Positions 55,641 through 64,000 of a DNA stretch of 64,000 nucleotides are shown here, one piece after another. The position numbers and the translations under genes are program-made. This stretch comes from Bacteroidota bacterium (lineage in GTDB: Bacteria > Bacteroidota > Bacteroidia > Bacteroidales > JAGONC01), in assembly GCA_026391695.1 (NCBI GenBank), contig JAPLDP010000036.1, positions 11,631-75,630 of the forward strand, in the 5' to 3' direction. The stretch's first letter is position 1. Every line of letters begins with the position of its first letter. Below the pieces are notes generated by a model. That model was not told the origin of the DNA. It made no database searches and saw only the letters and a list, made by a program, of their open reading frames with translations.

Positions 55641-57227
55641 TTACGAATTCCTACGCTTCTTCGGGCTTTTAGCAAGGCTGGATTTAATTCCTGACAGAAT
55701 AGATTTGAAGCAATAATTAAAAAAGGATCTTTCGGGATCTCTTTCATAATCTATAATTCCCTCTCTTACATCTTCATCCGGAAGCGGATTTGAATCCAAC
55801 ACTTTTATATTGGCAATAAATGACATAAATCTCTCTCTAAAGGCGGTTGTATCATCCGTCCGCTTATTCTTAACTGCGATATTCAATCCATGATAAAGCA
55901 TGGTCATTTTGCCGGTTGCTTTAGCGTTATTTGCCGTAAGGCTGAAATGCATCGCATCTATTTTACCGGATGTAGCATAAATAAAAGCATTTTTCTCCAG
56001 CATAGGATTCAATTCACTTGCCTCCATGTCCGAAATAGTTCCATTCAATGAAAAGGTATTATCACTGTCGAATATTCTTCCTTTTAATAAAACAGTCATC
56101 TTGCCTTTTCCCATTAACAAGGCATCAGCATTAAGTTCTATAGCAGCGTTTTCTGTTTTGTAAATAGTGTCGTTAGTGATTTTGTAGATTTTAGCATGGA
56201 GCGCATTAAAGCTGATCCTTCCTGGCTCGTTTGCCTCCTTAACATGTTCGGTGTACGTGATATTCCCGCTTATAAGACCGATTGAATCAATGCGGATAAT
56301 GCCGGGATAGTTGTAAATCATATCCTGGAATACGGTCTTGTTCACATGCAAGAATTTTTTTCGATTATCACGAAAAACTTTCATATCCATTTTTTCGATT
56401 TCGATATAAGAGCTTATCAGGCTCCTGGATCTGAAATAACCTGCAGCAGAAAAATCGTGAACGTAAATGTTGCTGAACCAGGCTTCAATACGTTCCTTTT
56501 GAAATTTATACCGTGATGTGAAATCATAATCTGTGTAATTCGGCTGAATAGAAAAGCTGTTTACCGCTAAGGTATTTGAAGTTGCGGAATAGATTATACC
56601 GCTGGCTGTAAACGAATACATGCTGTCGGACGAAACCGAAAGGAGTTCTTCGGCCTCGAAATCAAATTGCCTAACAATGCCAGGGGATAAGGTATCCTGT
56701 TTCTCAACCTGTAAATTGTAAATTTTCAAAACGCCTTCTTTCATCGAATAAGACAGTGCGGATGAAGTGTTTTCCATCGCCAGGTCTATTTTATCAAAAA
56801 GTATTTTACCTATCCGGATGTTCAAAGGCGAAACTATTGGCGGTATTGCTTCCCCCGAAAATGGAATCTTACCCATAATACTACTATTGGAAATGATTAC
56901 TTCACTGATGTAAATATCTTTTTTGAATATGGCTTTCGCGAGTTTGATTCCATTGAATCTTATAGACGCTATTTGCCCGTTTACATCCCGGTCGGCTCCC
57001 TGCTCCTGCTTTAAGCATACTGTAATACCTTCCAGTTCTATCCCTGATGACATTATCAAAACATGAACCTTGTCTACTTCAACCTTGTAATCTCTGCTGT
57101 TTTCATTTAATGCTGCCCGAACTTTTTTCCCAACCCAGGGCTCAACAATGACTAACATTAAGAATACCAGCAATACCGCCAGAGCAACTATCCCGAGTAA
57201 AATTTTCAAAAATAATTTCCTTTTCAT
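55641..57227 (-). CDS. N-terminally anchored envelope protein of unknown function (possibly AsmA/DUF748-like)
   Basis: 528-aa ORF with a single N-terminal TM segment and a long beta-rich body. The family assignment is tentative. Confidence 0.5.
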   Translation of the reverse strand: MKRKLFLKILLGIVALAVLLVFLMLVIVEPWVGKKVRAALNENSRDYKVEVDKVHVLIMSSGIELEGITVCLKQEQGADRDVNGQIASIRFNGIKLAKAIFKKDIYISEVIISNSSIMGKIPFSGEAIPPIVSPLNIRIGKILFDKIDLAMENTSSALSYSMKEGVLKIYNLQVEKQDTLSPGIVRQFDFEAEELLSVSSDSMYSFTASGIIYSATSNTLAVNSFSIQPNYTDYDFTSRYKFQKERIEAWFSNIYVHDFSAAGYFRSRSLISSYIEIEKMDMKVFRDNRKKFLHVNKTVFQDMIYNYPGIIRIDSIGLISGNITYTEHVKEANEPGRISFNALHAKIYKITNDTIYKTENAAIELNADALLMGKGKMTVLLKGRIFDSDNTFSLNGTISDMEASELNPMLEKNAFIYATSGKIDAMHFSLTANNAKATGKMTMLYHGLNIAVKNKRTDDTTAFRERFMSFIANIKVLDSNPLPDEDVREGIIDYERDPERSFFNYCFKSILSGIKSSLAKSPKKRRNS

Positions 57228-57268
57228 GATGTGAAATCATTAAACACTTCTTTACCTGACAGGTAAAA

Positions 57269-57481
57269 TCACTTCTTTTTTGCACTGTAGAATAATACAG
57301 CCCCACCAATCACCATGACTGCAACTCCGATTAACGGTGACCATGCTAATACATGTATTTTATCCCGGGTGATTTCCACTTTACCTATGTCCACTACTTT
57401 CTTTTTTGTTACAAAGTTGAATCCCGTGAAAACGGTAATCAGCAAACCTACTACCAAAATGATGATGCCTACTTTTTTCAT
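57269..57481 (-). CDS. Small two-TM membrane protein (70 aa)
   Basis: The start was set at the ATG (MKKVGIIILVVGLLITVF...) rather than the TTG of the track ORF. A second TM is AWSPLIGVAVMVIGGAVLFY. Confidence 0.55.
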   Translation of the reverse strand: MKKVGIIILVVGLLITVFTGFNFVTKKKVVDIGKVEITRDKIHVLAWSPLIGVAVMVIGGAVLFYSAKKK

Positions 57482-57524
57482 AAATTTAATTTTAAGTGAC
57501 AATTAAATACTGAAGCAGTTATTG

Positions 57525-57680
57525 TCACACCCGGCTTTTCCCACGGATAATCCGCAGTATTACAGCAATCAATGCAATAACCAGCAATACGTGAATGAGT
57601 CCCCCGGCATGAAAACCTATGAATCCAATTGCTCAACCTATTATCAGAATTACGACAACGATGTAAAGCAGATTTCCCAT
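57525..57680 (-). pseudogene. lmo0937-family gene (third paralog) with an in-frame TGA replacing the conserved Trp codon 16
   Basis: Manual translation: MGNLLYIVVVILIIG*AIGFIGFHAGGLIHVLLVIALIAVILRIIRGKSRV*. It has the same length (52 codons) as 46645..46800, where codon 16 is TGG (W). The TGA is at 57635-57633. Confidence 0.7.
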
Positions 57681-57718
57681 GATTTCGTGTTTTAAGTTGT
57701 TTGGAAATTTTAACAATG

Positions 57719-57787
57719 CAAAGATGCCACCACTTGTTTTCAAAACCGTTACACAATTCCATAAATGAGTTACATCATTCACACATT
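57719..57787 (-). promoter_or_regulatory. 69-bp promoter module, copy S5 (minus strand)
   Basis: The reverse complement reads AATGTGTGAATGATGTAAC-12 nt-TTGTGTAAC-25 nt-TTTG, 38 nt upstream of ATG 57680. Confidence 0.7.
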
Positions 57788-57889
57788 AGACTATATCAGC
57801 ACTTTGCGCAACTTTACCTACATTGTAGCTCGCAGATTGTTCCTTCTCACTATAGGCATCTTAAACATAAAAGACGCAAACTACCTGAA

Positions 57890-57958
57890 AATGTGTGAAT
57901 GATGTAGCTCTTTTCAAAAGTTGTGTAACACTTATCCGGTTAAAAATGCTCAACTTTG
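57890..57958 (+). promoter_or_regulatory. 69-bp promoter module, copy S6
   Basis: AATGTGTGAATGATGTAGC-12 nt-TTGTGTAAC-25 nt-TTTG, 18 nt upstream of ATG 57977. It is divergent from S5. Confidence 0.7.
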
Positions 57959-57976
57959 TTCTCTCAAAATTCATTA

Positions 57977-58342
57977 ATGCATATGAAAGAAAAGGGCGAC
58001 AATACGAACCTGCCTAACCGGCGGGCAGGCAACGAAGAGAAAAATAACCTTCAGGGATACCCATTATATCCTGCCAGCGAAGATATTTACAATAAATGCC
58101 AAAAAGAGAAGAACATAAATCCTGAGGATATATCCAAAATTAAAGAATCAAATGAAAATGATAAAGTTGGAACACGTAACGAAAAAGATTTTAATGACGA
58201 TGTATCCGGCAGCGACTTAGATATTCCCGGCTCAGAATTGGATGATAAACAAGAAATTGTTGGAAGTGAAGATGAGGAGAATAACTATTACAGTTTAGGG
58301 GGAGATGATCATAACGATCTGGAAGAGTATAAAGGAGAATGA
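57977..58342 (+). CDS. Acidic, probably disordered protein (copy B)
   Basis: MHMKEKGDNTNLPNRRAGNEEKNNLQGYPLYPASEDIYNK..., a paralog of 50395..50760. Confidence 0.65.
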   Translation: MHMKEKGDNTNLPNRRAGNEEKNNLQGYPLYPASEDIYNKCQKEKNINPEDISKIKESNENDKVGTRNEKDFNDDVSGSDLDIPGSELDDKQEIVGSEDEENNYYSLGGDDHNDLEEYKGE

Positions 58343-58472
58343 AAATTCATGAGTACCACTTGTCGATAATTCTGCAATGTGGGCCCCCGAGGTGCCAATG
58401 GAACTTAAGAAACTCAAAGGATATACCGATTATCCGCTCTATAAAGCCTGATCAACACAATTCAATAAATAC

Positions 58473-59360
58473 ATGATTTTCGTAGACTATTATAAAATAT
58501 TGGGGATAGATAAAACGGCAACGCCAAAGGACATCAAAAATGCCTATCGGAAATTGGCCAGAAAGTATCACCCCGATTTAAATCCGAATGATAAAGAAGC
58601 TAAAAAGAGTTTTCAGCAGATCAATGAAGCAAATGAAGTATTGAGCGATCCCGAAAAACGCAAGAAATATGATCAATATGGAGAGGATTGGCAACATGCG
58701 GAAGAATTTGAAAAAGCAAAACACTATCAGGAACAATCATCAAACTCGCGTGGGGCAAGCTATTCAGAAACATCTTTTGGAGGAGATTTTTCCGATTTTT
58801 TTAAATCCATGTTTGCTGGATCCGCAGGTGCCGGCAGCAGCAGACAAGTGAAATACAGAGGAGAAGATTACAACGCGGAATTACATCTCGACCTTATCGA
58901 TGCATATAAAACCCACAAACAAACGTTAACGGTAAACGGGAAAAACATAAGAATTACTATCCCTGCCGGAATTGAAAATGGACAAACAATTAAAATTTCA
59001 GGGCATGGAGGCCCGGGAATAAATGGTGGCCCGAACGGTGATTTATATATTACATTTTCAATAGCCAATCACCCAAAAATTAAACGTTTGGGAAATAATT
59101 TATATACTACGGTAGATTTAGATTTGTACACAGCTGTGTTGGGAGGTGAAATCACAATGGATACCTTAAACGGAAAAGTAAAACTTAAAGTAAAGCCTGA
59201 AACACAAAATGGAAGTAAAATAAAATTAAAAGGTAAGGGATTTCCTGTTTATAAAAATGTAGGGGATTTTGGAGATTTATATGTGACCTATGCCATTAAA
59301 ATTCCAACAAATTTAACGGATAAGCAAAAAATATTATTTACCGAATTATCTAAATCGTAA
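58473..59360 (+). CDS. cbpA: DnaJ-class co-chaperone without zinc finger (CbpA-like curved-DNA-binding protein)
   Basis: 295-aa ORF with a J domain ([34 protein letters not shown]), a G/F-like linker, no CxxCxGxG repeats and DnaJ C-terminal domains. Confidence 0.8.
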   Translation: MIFVDYYKILGIDKTATPKDIKNAYRKLARKYHPDLNPNDKEAKKSFQQINEANEVLSDPEKRKKYDQYGEDWQHAEEFEKAKHYQEQSSNSRGASYSETSFGGDFSDFFKSMFAGSAGAGSSRQVKYRGEDYNAELHLDLIDAYKTHKQTLTVNGKNIRITIPAGIENGQTIKISGHGGPGINGGPNGDLYITFSIANHPKIKRLGNNLYTTVDLDLYTAVLGGEITMDTLNGKVKLKVKPETQNGSKIKLKGKGFPVYKNVGDFGDLYVTYAIKIPTNLTDKQKILFTELSKS

Positions 59361-59377
59361 TTTTTTAAACGTAAACA

Positions 59378-59677
59378 ATGCAAACAGGATATTTAATAGC
59401 TGTAAATGAGTTCTGTGCCAACCACAACATTGAGATTTCATTTATCAGTTCATTACAACAAACCGGATTGATAGAAATTACTACCATCAAAGAAACAGGG
59501 TTTATTGATGCAAGCCAGCTACAACATTTAGAGAAAATTGTTCGCTTATATTATGAGTTGGATATTAACTTGGAAGGTATTGAGACCATCACTCATTTAT
59601 TACAGCGAATAAAATCTTTGCAGGATGAAATTATTGCGCTCAGAAACAGGCTTCGTCTTTATGAAATAGAAGTGTAA
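59378..59677 (+). CDS. cbpM: CbpM-like chaperone modulator (MerR-fold small protein)
   Basis: 99-aa ORF 17 nt after the cbpA-like gene. Its size, position and C-terminal coiled coil (LQDEIIALRNRLRLYE) fit CbpM. Confidence 0.55.
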   Translation: MQTGYLIAVNEFCANHNIEISFISSLQQTGLIEITTIKETGFIDASQLQHLEKIVRLYYELDINLEGIETITHLLQRIKSLQDEIIALRNRLRLYEIEV

Positions 59678-60198
59678 ACTCACCTGAGTCAGCTAGTGTG
59701 CATAATTATTCAGCGTATTCTCTGATTGCCCCGATAAGACGATCTTGTCCTGAAGTTCTTGGAATAAATTTCCAAAACCACGTATTTTATGGCGTTCCTG
59801 TTCACCAATAGTGAACGATTTTTTTCTTAATTTAGACGAAGTATTTTTTGCAGTATAAAGATTTTGATGTTATATTTGTACTACATTTATTGAAAAGCTT
59901 TTCTCGTGGCAAGGCTCTGTCCGGGACAAAATTTATTGCTGTGCACTGCAAATGCCAGCACGTGTTGAAAAAAAATATGCCCGTCCGTGTGGGCATCTTA
60001 AATATAAGATTCTTAATTTTATGAAATAAAACAGATGCCCACCTGCATGGCTAACAACACGGTCGGGCCTCTGCAATTGAACGTAAGAGGCAATTGTTTT
60101 GACAACAGTACGAACATCTGACTTATAGAATAAAAACATTACGACAAAAAAACATTACCCTATAAGCAACGAATAAATTGAAGCTCTTCATCAAATAT

Positions 60199-60738
60199 AT
60201 GGTAAGCATTCGCTGCAAAATGGTGGTGAAGTCAGAGTTGGATAAACTTGCGCTGCATTACCGAAAGGTGGATTTAGGTGAAGTGGATGTCAGAGAGAAT
60301 ATTACTCCTGAACAGCGTGATCAATTGAAAACCTCATTATTGAAATCAGGGCTTGAGTTGATGGATGACAAAAAAGCCATTCTGATTGAAAAAATAAAAA
60401 CTATCATCATTGAGATGATACATTATGCAGACGAACCTCCCAAAACAAATTTTTCCGATTATCTCTGTGAGAAACTCAACTATGACTACACCTACCTCGC
60501 CAACCTTTTTTCAGAAGTAACAGGCATCACTATTGAACATTATATTATCGCTCACAAAATTGAACGGGTAAAAGAATTGCTTATATATGATGAACTCAAT
60601 CTTACCGAAATCTCTTACAAGCTGAACTACAGCAGCGTGGCGCATTTATCCAACCAGTTCAAGAAAGTGACGGGGCTAACGCCTACCTTCTTCAAGCAAC
60701 TCAAGCGCAAGAAACGCCTCACACTTAATAATGTGTGA
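60199..60738 (+). CDS. AraC/XylS-family transcriptional regulator
   Basis: The start was set at ATG 60199 (MVSIRCKMVVKSELDKL...). The C-terminal two-HTH region is LCEKLNYDYTYLANLFSEVTGITIEHYIIAHKIERVKELLIYDELNLTEISYKLNYSSVAHLSNQFKKVTGLTP. Confidence 0.8.
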   Translation: MVSIRCKMVVKSELDKLALHYRKVDLGEVDVRENITPEQRDQLKTSLLKSGLELMDDKKAILIEKIKTIIIEMIHYADEPPKTNFSDYLCEKLNYDYTYLANLFSEVTGITIEHYIIAHKIERVKELLIYDELNLTEISYKLNYSSVAHLSNQFKKVTGLTPTFFKQLKRKKRLTLNNV

Positions 60739-60857
60739 ACAATGTAACTTAACCGTTACCCACCAGTCCGTTAATCCGCCGGAAAATTTCACCCCGCAAA
60801 GCTTCTGCACCAAAAAAGAGTCCGCATAAGCTTATGATGATGATGTATTATTTTACT

Positions 60858-62690
60858 TTATTGAAATACCATTATATCCGGTTTTCCTATTTCAAAATCT
60901 CTGAAGCCGAAATCAGTTGTTTTAAATGAGTTTATTTTAAAAACATTTTGTCCAATACCTGGAATTAAGGGATAAAATGCAATGGATATTTGAAATGTAT
61001 TAAGAACCAGACTTTCATTTTTAATTAAAACTCCCAACCCTATTTGTGAATACACACTGCTGTTTTTAAATCCTTTTGCATCGCCAAGCATGCCAAGTGA
61101 ATAAACAAGATAGGGGCCAAAACGGAATCCGATAAAATTCCATGGGGTGTATGATTGTGTTTGCAACGTAAATAATAGGCGGCTGGTACCGGACAATGCA
61201 GAACTGTTAAATCCATCCAGACCATAACCTTCATTGAGAGTTAAACTATCGTTAGGGAACCGGTTTATGCCAATAGTAACCTGCGATGTGGCAAATTGCC
61301 TGAATTTCCATTTCCCTAATTCTATCAATCCTGTAAAATAAATTACGCTAACCGATAACATTCCCTGCTGTACATGTGATGCACGAAAAAAAGTTCCGTA
61401 TTCGAAGTCAGAGCTAAGGTATCCCCATGGATAATAATTGCCAAAAGAAATACGCGCGCCTAAATATAAACGGCCGGTATTATTTTTTTCCTGATAGCCA
61501 CCTGTCAGACTGTAAACTTTTCCAATAGGTACATCTTCTGTTATGCCGTAATTAAAAATAAATTTGTCCTGCACATATTTTCGTGTCGATATTCCAATGC
61601 CTGCCAGGTAAAAATCTTCATTTGAAAACATGTGCTGCGTGTCAAACATCTCAATTGGCTTTTCGAGATAGCGGATTCGTAAAAAACGTACGGTAGAAAT
61701 AAAATTAGTTGTACGATTATTTTCTGTATTGCCTTTGAATATTTGCAAGGCATTACCCGCCCAATAATCTTGTGCGTTAAATTTAAATCTCTGCAGCAAG
61801 AAAAGCGAATCGCTTGTCCGGATGGAATCCTTGCGAAATTGCTGCGTAAAATTTACACCTGCCGCCCACTTTGCAAAGGGCGAAAAAAACGGACGGTCAA
61901 CTGCAAAACTCTTGGTAAAATTTCCGAATTCGTCCGTGCCATAATGAAGTGTTGTGTTAATATAAGTATTGCGGATGTTGGGAATGAAGTAATTTATATT
62001 GCAACCATAGTCACCGGTTGTATGATACCAGGTAAAACCATTTTGTGATTCGTGACCGAACCCTAAAAAATTTTTATCAGTTAAATTAATAGTGAAGTGT
62101 GAAGTGGTAACTGCTACTTTAGGAATAATGCTCCAATTATCCAATTCGCGAATAAAAATATCAACCGAGTCGGAGTTTTTTGAAGTAGCTATAACGAAAA
62201 ATGAAACATCGCGTACATATCCCTGGCTGCGCACCAATCGTTCAGATTCTTTTACAAGCAATGAATCGAATGGTTGGTTTTGCCGGATAAGCAAGAGGTT
62301 GCGAATGGCCACACGCTGAGATTTTACATGCAACTTATTTCCGGCTTTAATTAAAAAGTTTTGCGATACTGCAATGGTGTCAGCTATTGAATAACCAAAT
62401 GGGTCCAGTGTTACGATGTTAATATGCCTGATAATTTTTCCTTCAAAGGCGCTGTATGGTTTTTGTATCAGTTTCTTATATACTTTCTTTTTGGGTGAGG
62501 TGGTTGCAACCGGTTTAAAAATTAACCTGTACATAAATTCAGTAAACTTGCTTCGTTTGGAATAGGATTCAATATTCTTATAAAGATTGGTTGAATCTGT
62601 TTTGGGAAGAGTTTCTTGTGCAAATGCAAATTCACTTATGAAAATTGAAACAAAAAAAAATAAGAAAATATTTTTGAACCACATTTGCAC
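60858..62690 (-). CDS. Omp85/BamA-TamA-like outer-membrane protein
   Basis: 610-aa ORF with a signal peptide, a POTRA-like segment (IIRHINIVTLDPFGY...VKESERLVRSQGYVRDVSFFV) and a long beta-barrel-like C-terminal region. Confidence 0.5.
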   Translation of the reverse strand: MQMWFKNIFLFFFVSIFISEFAFAQETLPKTDSTNLYKNIESYSKRSKFTEFMYRLIFKPVATTSPKKKVYKKLIQKPYSAFEGKIIRHINIVTLDPFGYSIADTIAVSQNFLIKAGNKLHVKSQRVAIRNLLLIRQNQPFDSLLVKESERLVRSQGYVRDVSFFVIATSKNSDSVDIFIRELDNWSIIPKVAVTTSHFTINLTDKNFLGFGHESQNGFTWYHTTGDYGCNINYFIPNIRNTYINTTLHYGTDEFGNFTKSFAVDRPFFSPFAKWAAGVNFTQQFRKDSIRTSDSLFLLQRFKFNAQDYWAGNALQIFKGNTENNRTTNFISTVRFLRIRYLEKPIEMFDTQHMFSNEDFYLAGIGISTRKYVQDKFIFNYGITEDVPIGKVYSLTGGYQEKNNTGRLYLGARISFGNYYPWGYLSSDFEYGTFFRASHVQQGMLSVSVIYFTGLIELGKWKFRQFATSQVTIGINRFPNDSLTLNEGYGLDGFNSSALSGTSRLLFTLQTQSYTPWNFIGFRFGPYLVYSLGMLGDAKGFKNSSVYSQIGLGVLIKNESLVLNTFQISIAFYPLIPGIGQNVFKINSFKTTDFGFRDFEIGKPDIMVFQ

Positions 62691-62778
62691 TTGCCGTTTT
62701 TAAATATTGAGAAGTCACCATTCCTATGGCCTGCATCGTTTCCATATTGGTTATGAGTATTTTATATCCAAGTAAGAA

Positions 62779-63522
62779 TTATTTCTTTTCATCTTGTACT
62801 TCTTGTTCCGCTGCTTTTTTTTCTTCAGCGTCCTTCTTCTTTTTTTCTTCCACTTTTGCCTTCTTCTTAAAATAACCTTTTAAAAGGAAATTATTTTTGG
62901 CTGCTTCCATATTTTCATTTAATCCTTTGGTACTTTGTTTAAGATTCACCATGGTCTGATTAAAATTTTCTGCAATGGTTGAATCATGAATTAATCTGCC
63001 AAGTGTTCCGTTTCCGCTGTTTATTTTAATCATAATCTCTGCAAGTTGTTGCGAAATAATTTCGGCATTACCTGCTGTTACCCGCAAACTTGCCATGATG
63101 GCATCTGTTTCAACAGGCTCGGTTGATGCAAGGTGTTGTCCTTCTTTTGCTAAAGGAGCATCAGAACTTCCACGCGTAATAATTAAAAGCCGGTCGCCAA
63201 TAAGTCCTTCTGAACCTATTGCCACTTCACAGTCCGATTTAATAAACTGCTTAACATCTTTTTTAATCAACAAATCTACCTTTACAGTTGAATCGTTAAT
63301 GATGCTGATGTTGTCAACAGTGCCTACATTAATTCCGGAGAAGCGGACATTATTTCCGACCTGTAATCCGCTTACATTGTAAAAGGTAGTTGTAAGTTTA
63401 AAAACAGGATTAAATAAATTCTTTTGCTTTCCGATTATAAATATGGCCAGTACAAAAAGTGCCAATCCTCCTGCGACAAACAGCCCTAAACGTACTTTAA
63501 ATTTTTGTGTGTGCGTATCCAT
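62779..63522 (-). CDS. mlaD: MlaD/MCE-domain protein with Lys/Glu-rich tail
   Basis: 247-aa ORF with an N-terminal TM and an MCE domain (FYNVSGLQVGNNVRFSGINVGTVDNISI). It lies downstream of an ABC ATPase. Confidence 0.75.
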   Translation of the reverse strand: MDTHTQKFKVRLGLFVAGGLALFVLAIFIIGKQKNLFNPVFKLTTTFYNVSGLQVGNNVRFSGINVGTVDNISIINDSTVKVDLLIKKDVKQFIKSDCEVAIGSEGLIGDRLLIITRGSSDAPLAKEGQHLASTEPVETDAIMASLRVTAGNAEIISQQLAEIMIKINSGNGTLGRLIHDSTIAENFNQTMVNLKQSTKGLNENMEAAKNNFLLKGYFKKKAKVEEKKKKDAEEKKAAEQEVQDEKK

Positions 63523-63565
63523 TTTATTTTTTGATTAAATGTGCTGAATTATTTATTTGACTCAA

Positions 63566-64000
63566 TTATCCATTCAACATAAAGAAAGATTTAATTATCG
63601 TGTCGGTTGAGTTTTCAAAGTCCTTTACTTTTCCTTCCATATAAACTTCGCCATCCAATAACATGATAATTCGGTTTGCTGTGTTACGGGCACATTTGAT
63701 ATCATGTGTGATGATCAGTGAAGATGTCTTATATTTTTTCCGGACATCATTGATGAGTGAACTTATTTCATCGGAAGTAACAGGGTCAAGTCCTGTTGTG
63801 GGTTCGTCATATAGCATTATCATTGGATCCACAACAATAGTGCGTGCTAGGCTTATTCTTTTTCGCATGCCGCCCGAGAGTTGTGAGGGCATTTTATTCA
63901 GTGCATCAGCTAAACCGACATTTTCTAAAACCTCATTTACTTTTTCTTTAATTTCTTTTTCGGTAAGTTTCTTTTTCATTCTTCGCAATGGAAATTCCAG
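63566..64000 (-). CDS. mlaF: ABC transporter ATP-binding protein (MlaF-like), C-terminal part only; 5' end beyond the window
   Basis: The frame is open to the window edge. It has the ABC signature LSGGMRKRISLAR and Walker B MLYDEPTTGLD. Confidence 0.8.
   Translation of the reverse strand: MEFPLRRMKKKLTEKEIKEKVNEVLENVGLADALNKMPSQLSGGMRKRISLARTIVVDPMIMLYDEPTTGLDPVTSDEISSLINDVRKKYKTSSLIITHDIKCARNTANRIIMLLDGEVYMEGKVKDFENSTDTIIKSFFMLNG

Larger units (their letters stand above)
57889..58364 (+). repeat. 476-bp segmental duplication, copy B
   Basis: Collinear with 50307..50782. Confidence 0.8.

Noticed and set aside
57478-57762. 94-aa minus-strand ORF
   Set aside because: It is out of frame with the clearly recognisable lmo0937-family reading frame and spans promoter module S5.
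1-64000. Alternative genetic code (TGA read as Trp or Gly), suggested by the two in-frame TGA codons at 49929 and 57633
   Set aside because: Many well-supported genes in the window terminate at TGA at the expected protein end (for example 22440..23531, 31059..32009, 32931..33872, 42931..45141 and 60199..60738). TGA is therefore a normal stop here.
1-64000. rRNA, tRNA, CRISPR arrays, transposases, integrases, prophage or restriction/defence gene sets
   Set aside because: Reading both strands I found no cloverleaf-like tRNA candidates, no direct-repeat/spacer arrays and no ORFs with recombinase, nuclease or helicase signatures. tRNA or ncRNA scanning software would be needed to exclude small RNAs formally.

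Overview
This 64-kb window looks like a Bacteroidota-type genome. Evidence: T9SS C-terminal sorting domains, (T/C)AnnTTTG -7 promoter boxes, many tightly coupled genes, and rubrerythrin plus a flavin-reductase/rubredoxin fusion that suggest an anaerobe or microaerophile. Layout: (i) 1-15.3 kb holds five consecutive minus-strand genes for large secreted T9SS cargo proteins (Ig-like, FN3-like and BNR-propeller types). (ii) 15.5-33.9 kb holds a TPR protein and a surface-polysaccharide locus: Wzx flippase, GT4, GT2, DegT aminotransferase, WbpG-like amidotransferase, methyltransferase and epimerase. This locus embeds a Dlt-like module (KASIII with Cys->Ser, dedicated ACP, gutted SDR, MBOAT, DltD-like protein). 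(iii) 34-45 kb holds mixed genes: stand-alone GMP-synthase ATP-PPase, GH92, flavin-reductase/rubredoxin, rubrerythrin, CstA, methyltransferase, RRM protein and a TonB receptor. (iv) 45.2-60.8 kb is an island of small envelope/stress genes: lmo0937-type peptides, YtxH, holin-X-like protein, AI-2E transporter, USP, cupin, acidic disordered proteins, CheB/CheR-PAS, CbpA/CbpM and an AraC regulator. (v) 60.8-64 kb holds an Omp85-like protein, MlaD and MlaF. The best candidate for an undescribed system is in (iv). Six copies of a rigidly spaced 69-bp promoter module (two GTAAC-ending boxes 21 bp apart, then exactly 25 nt, then the -7 TTTG) each precede one of these stress operons. The same island carries a 476-bp duplication, gene remnants and two in-frame TGA codons. 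A second recurring signal is a set of heptanucleotide-unit arrays, two of them inside coding sequence (the GT4 gene and an LRR surface protein). I recognised no rRNA, tRNA, CRISPR array, transposase or integrase. All calls come from reading the sequence and ORF translations; no database search was run.
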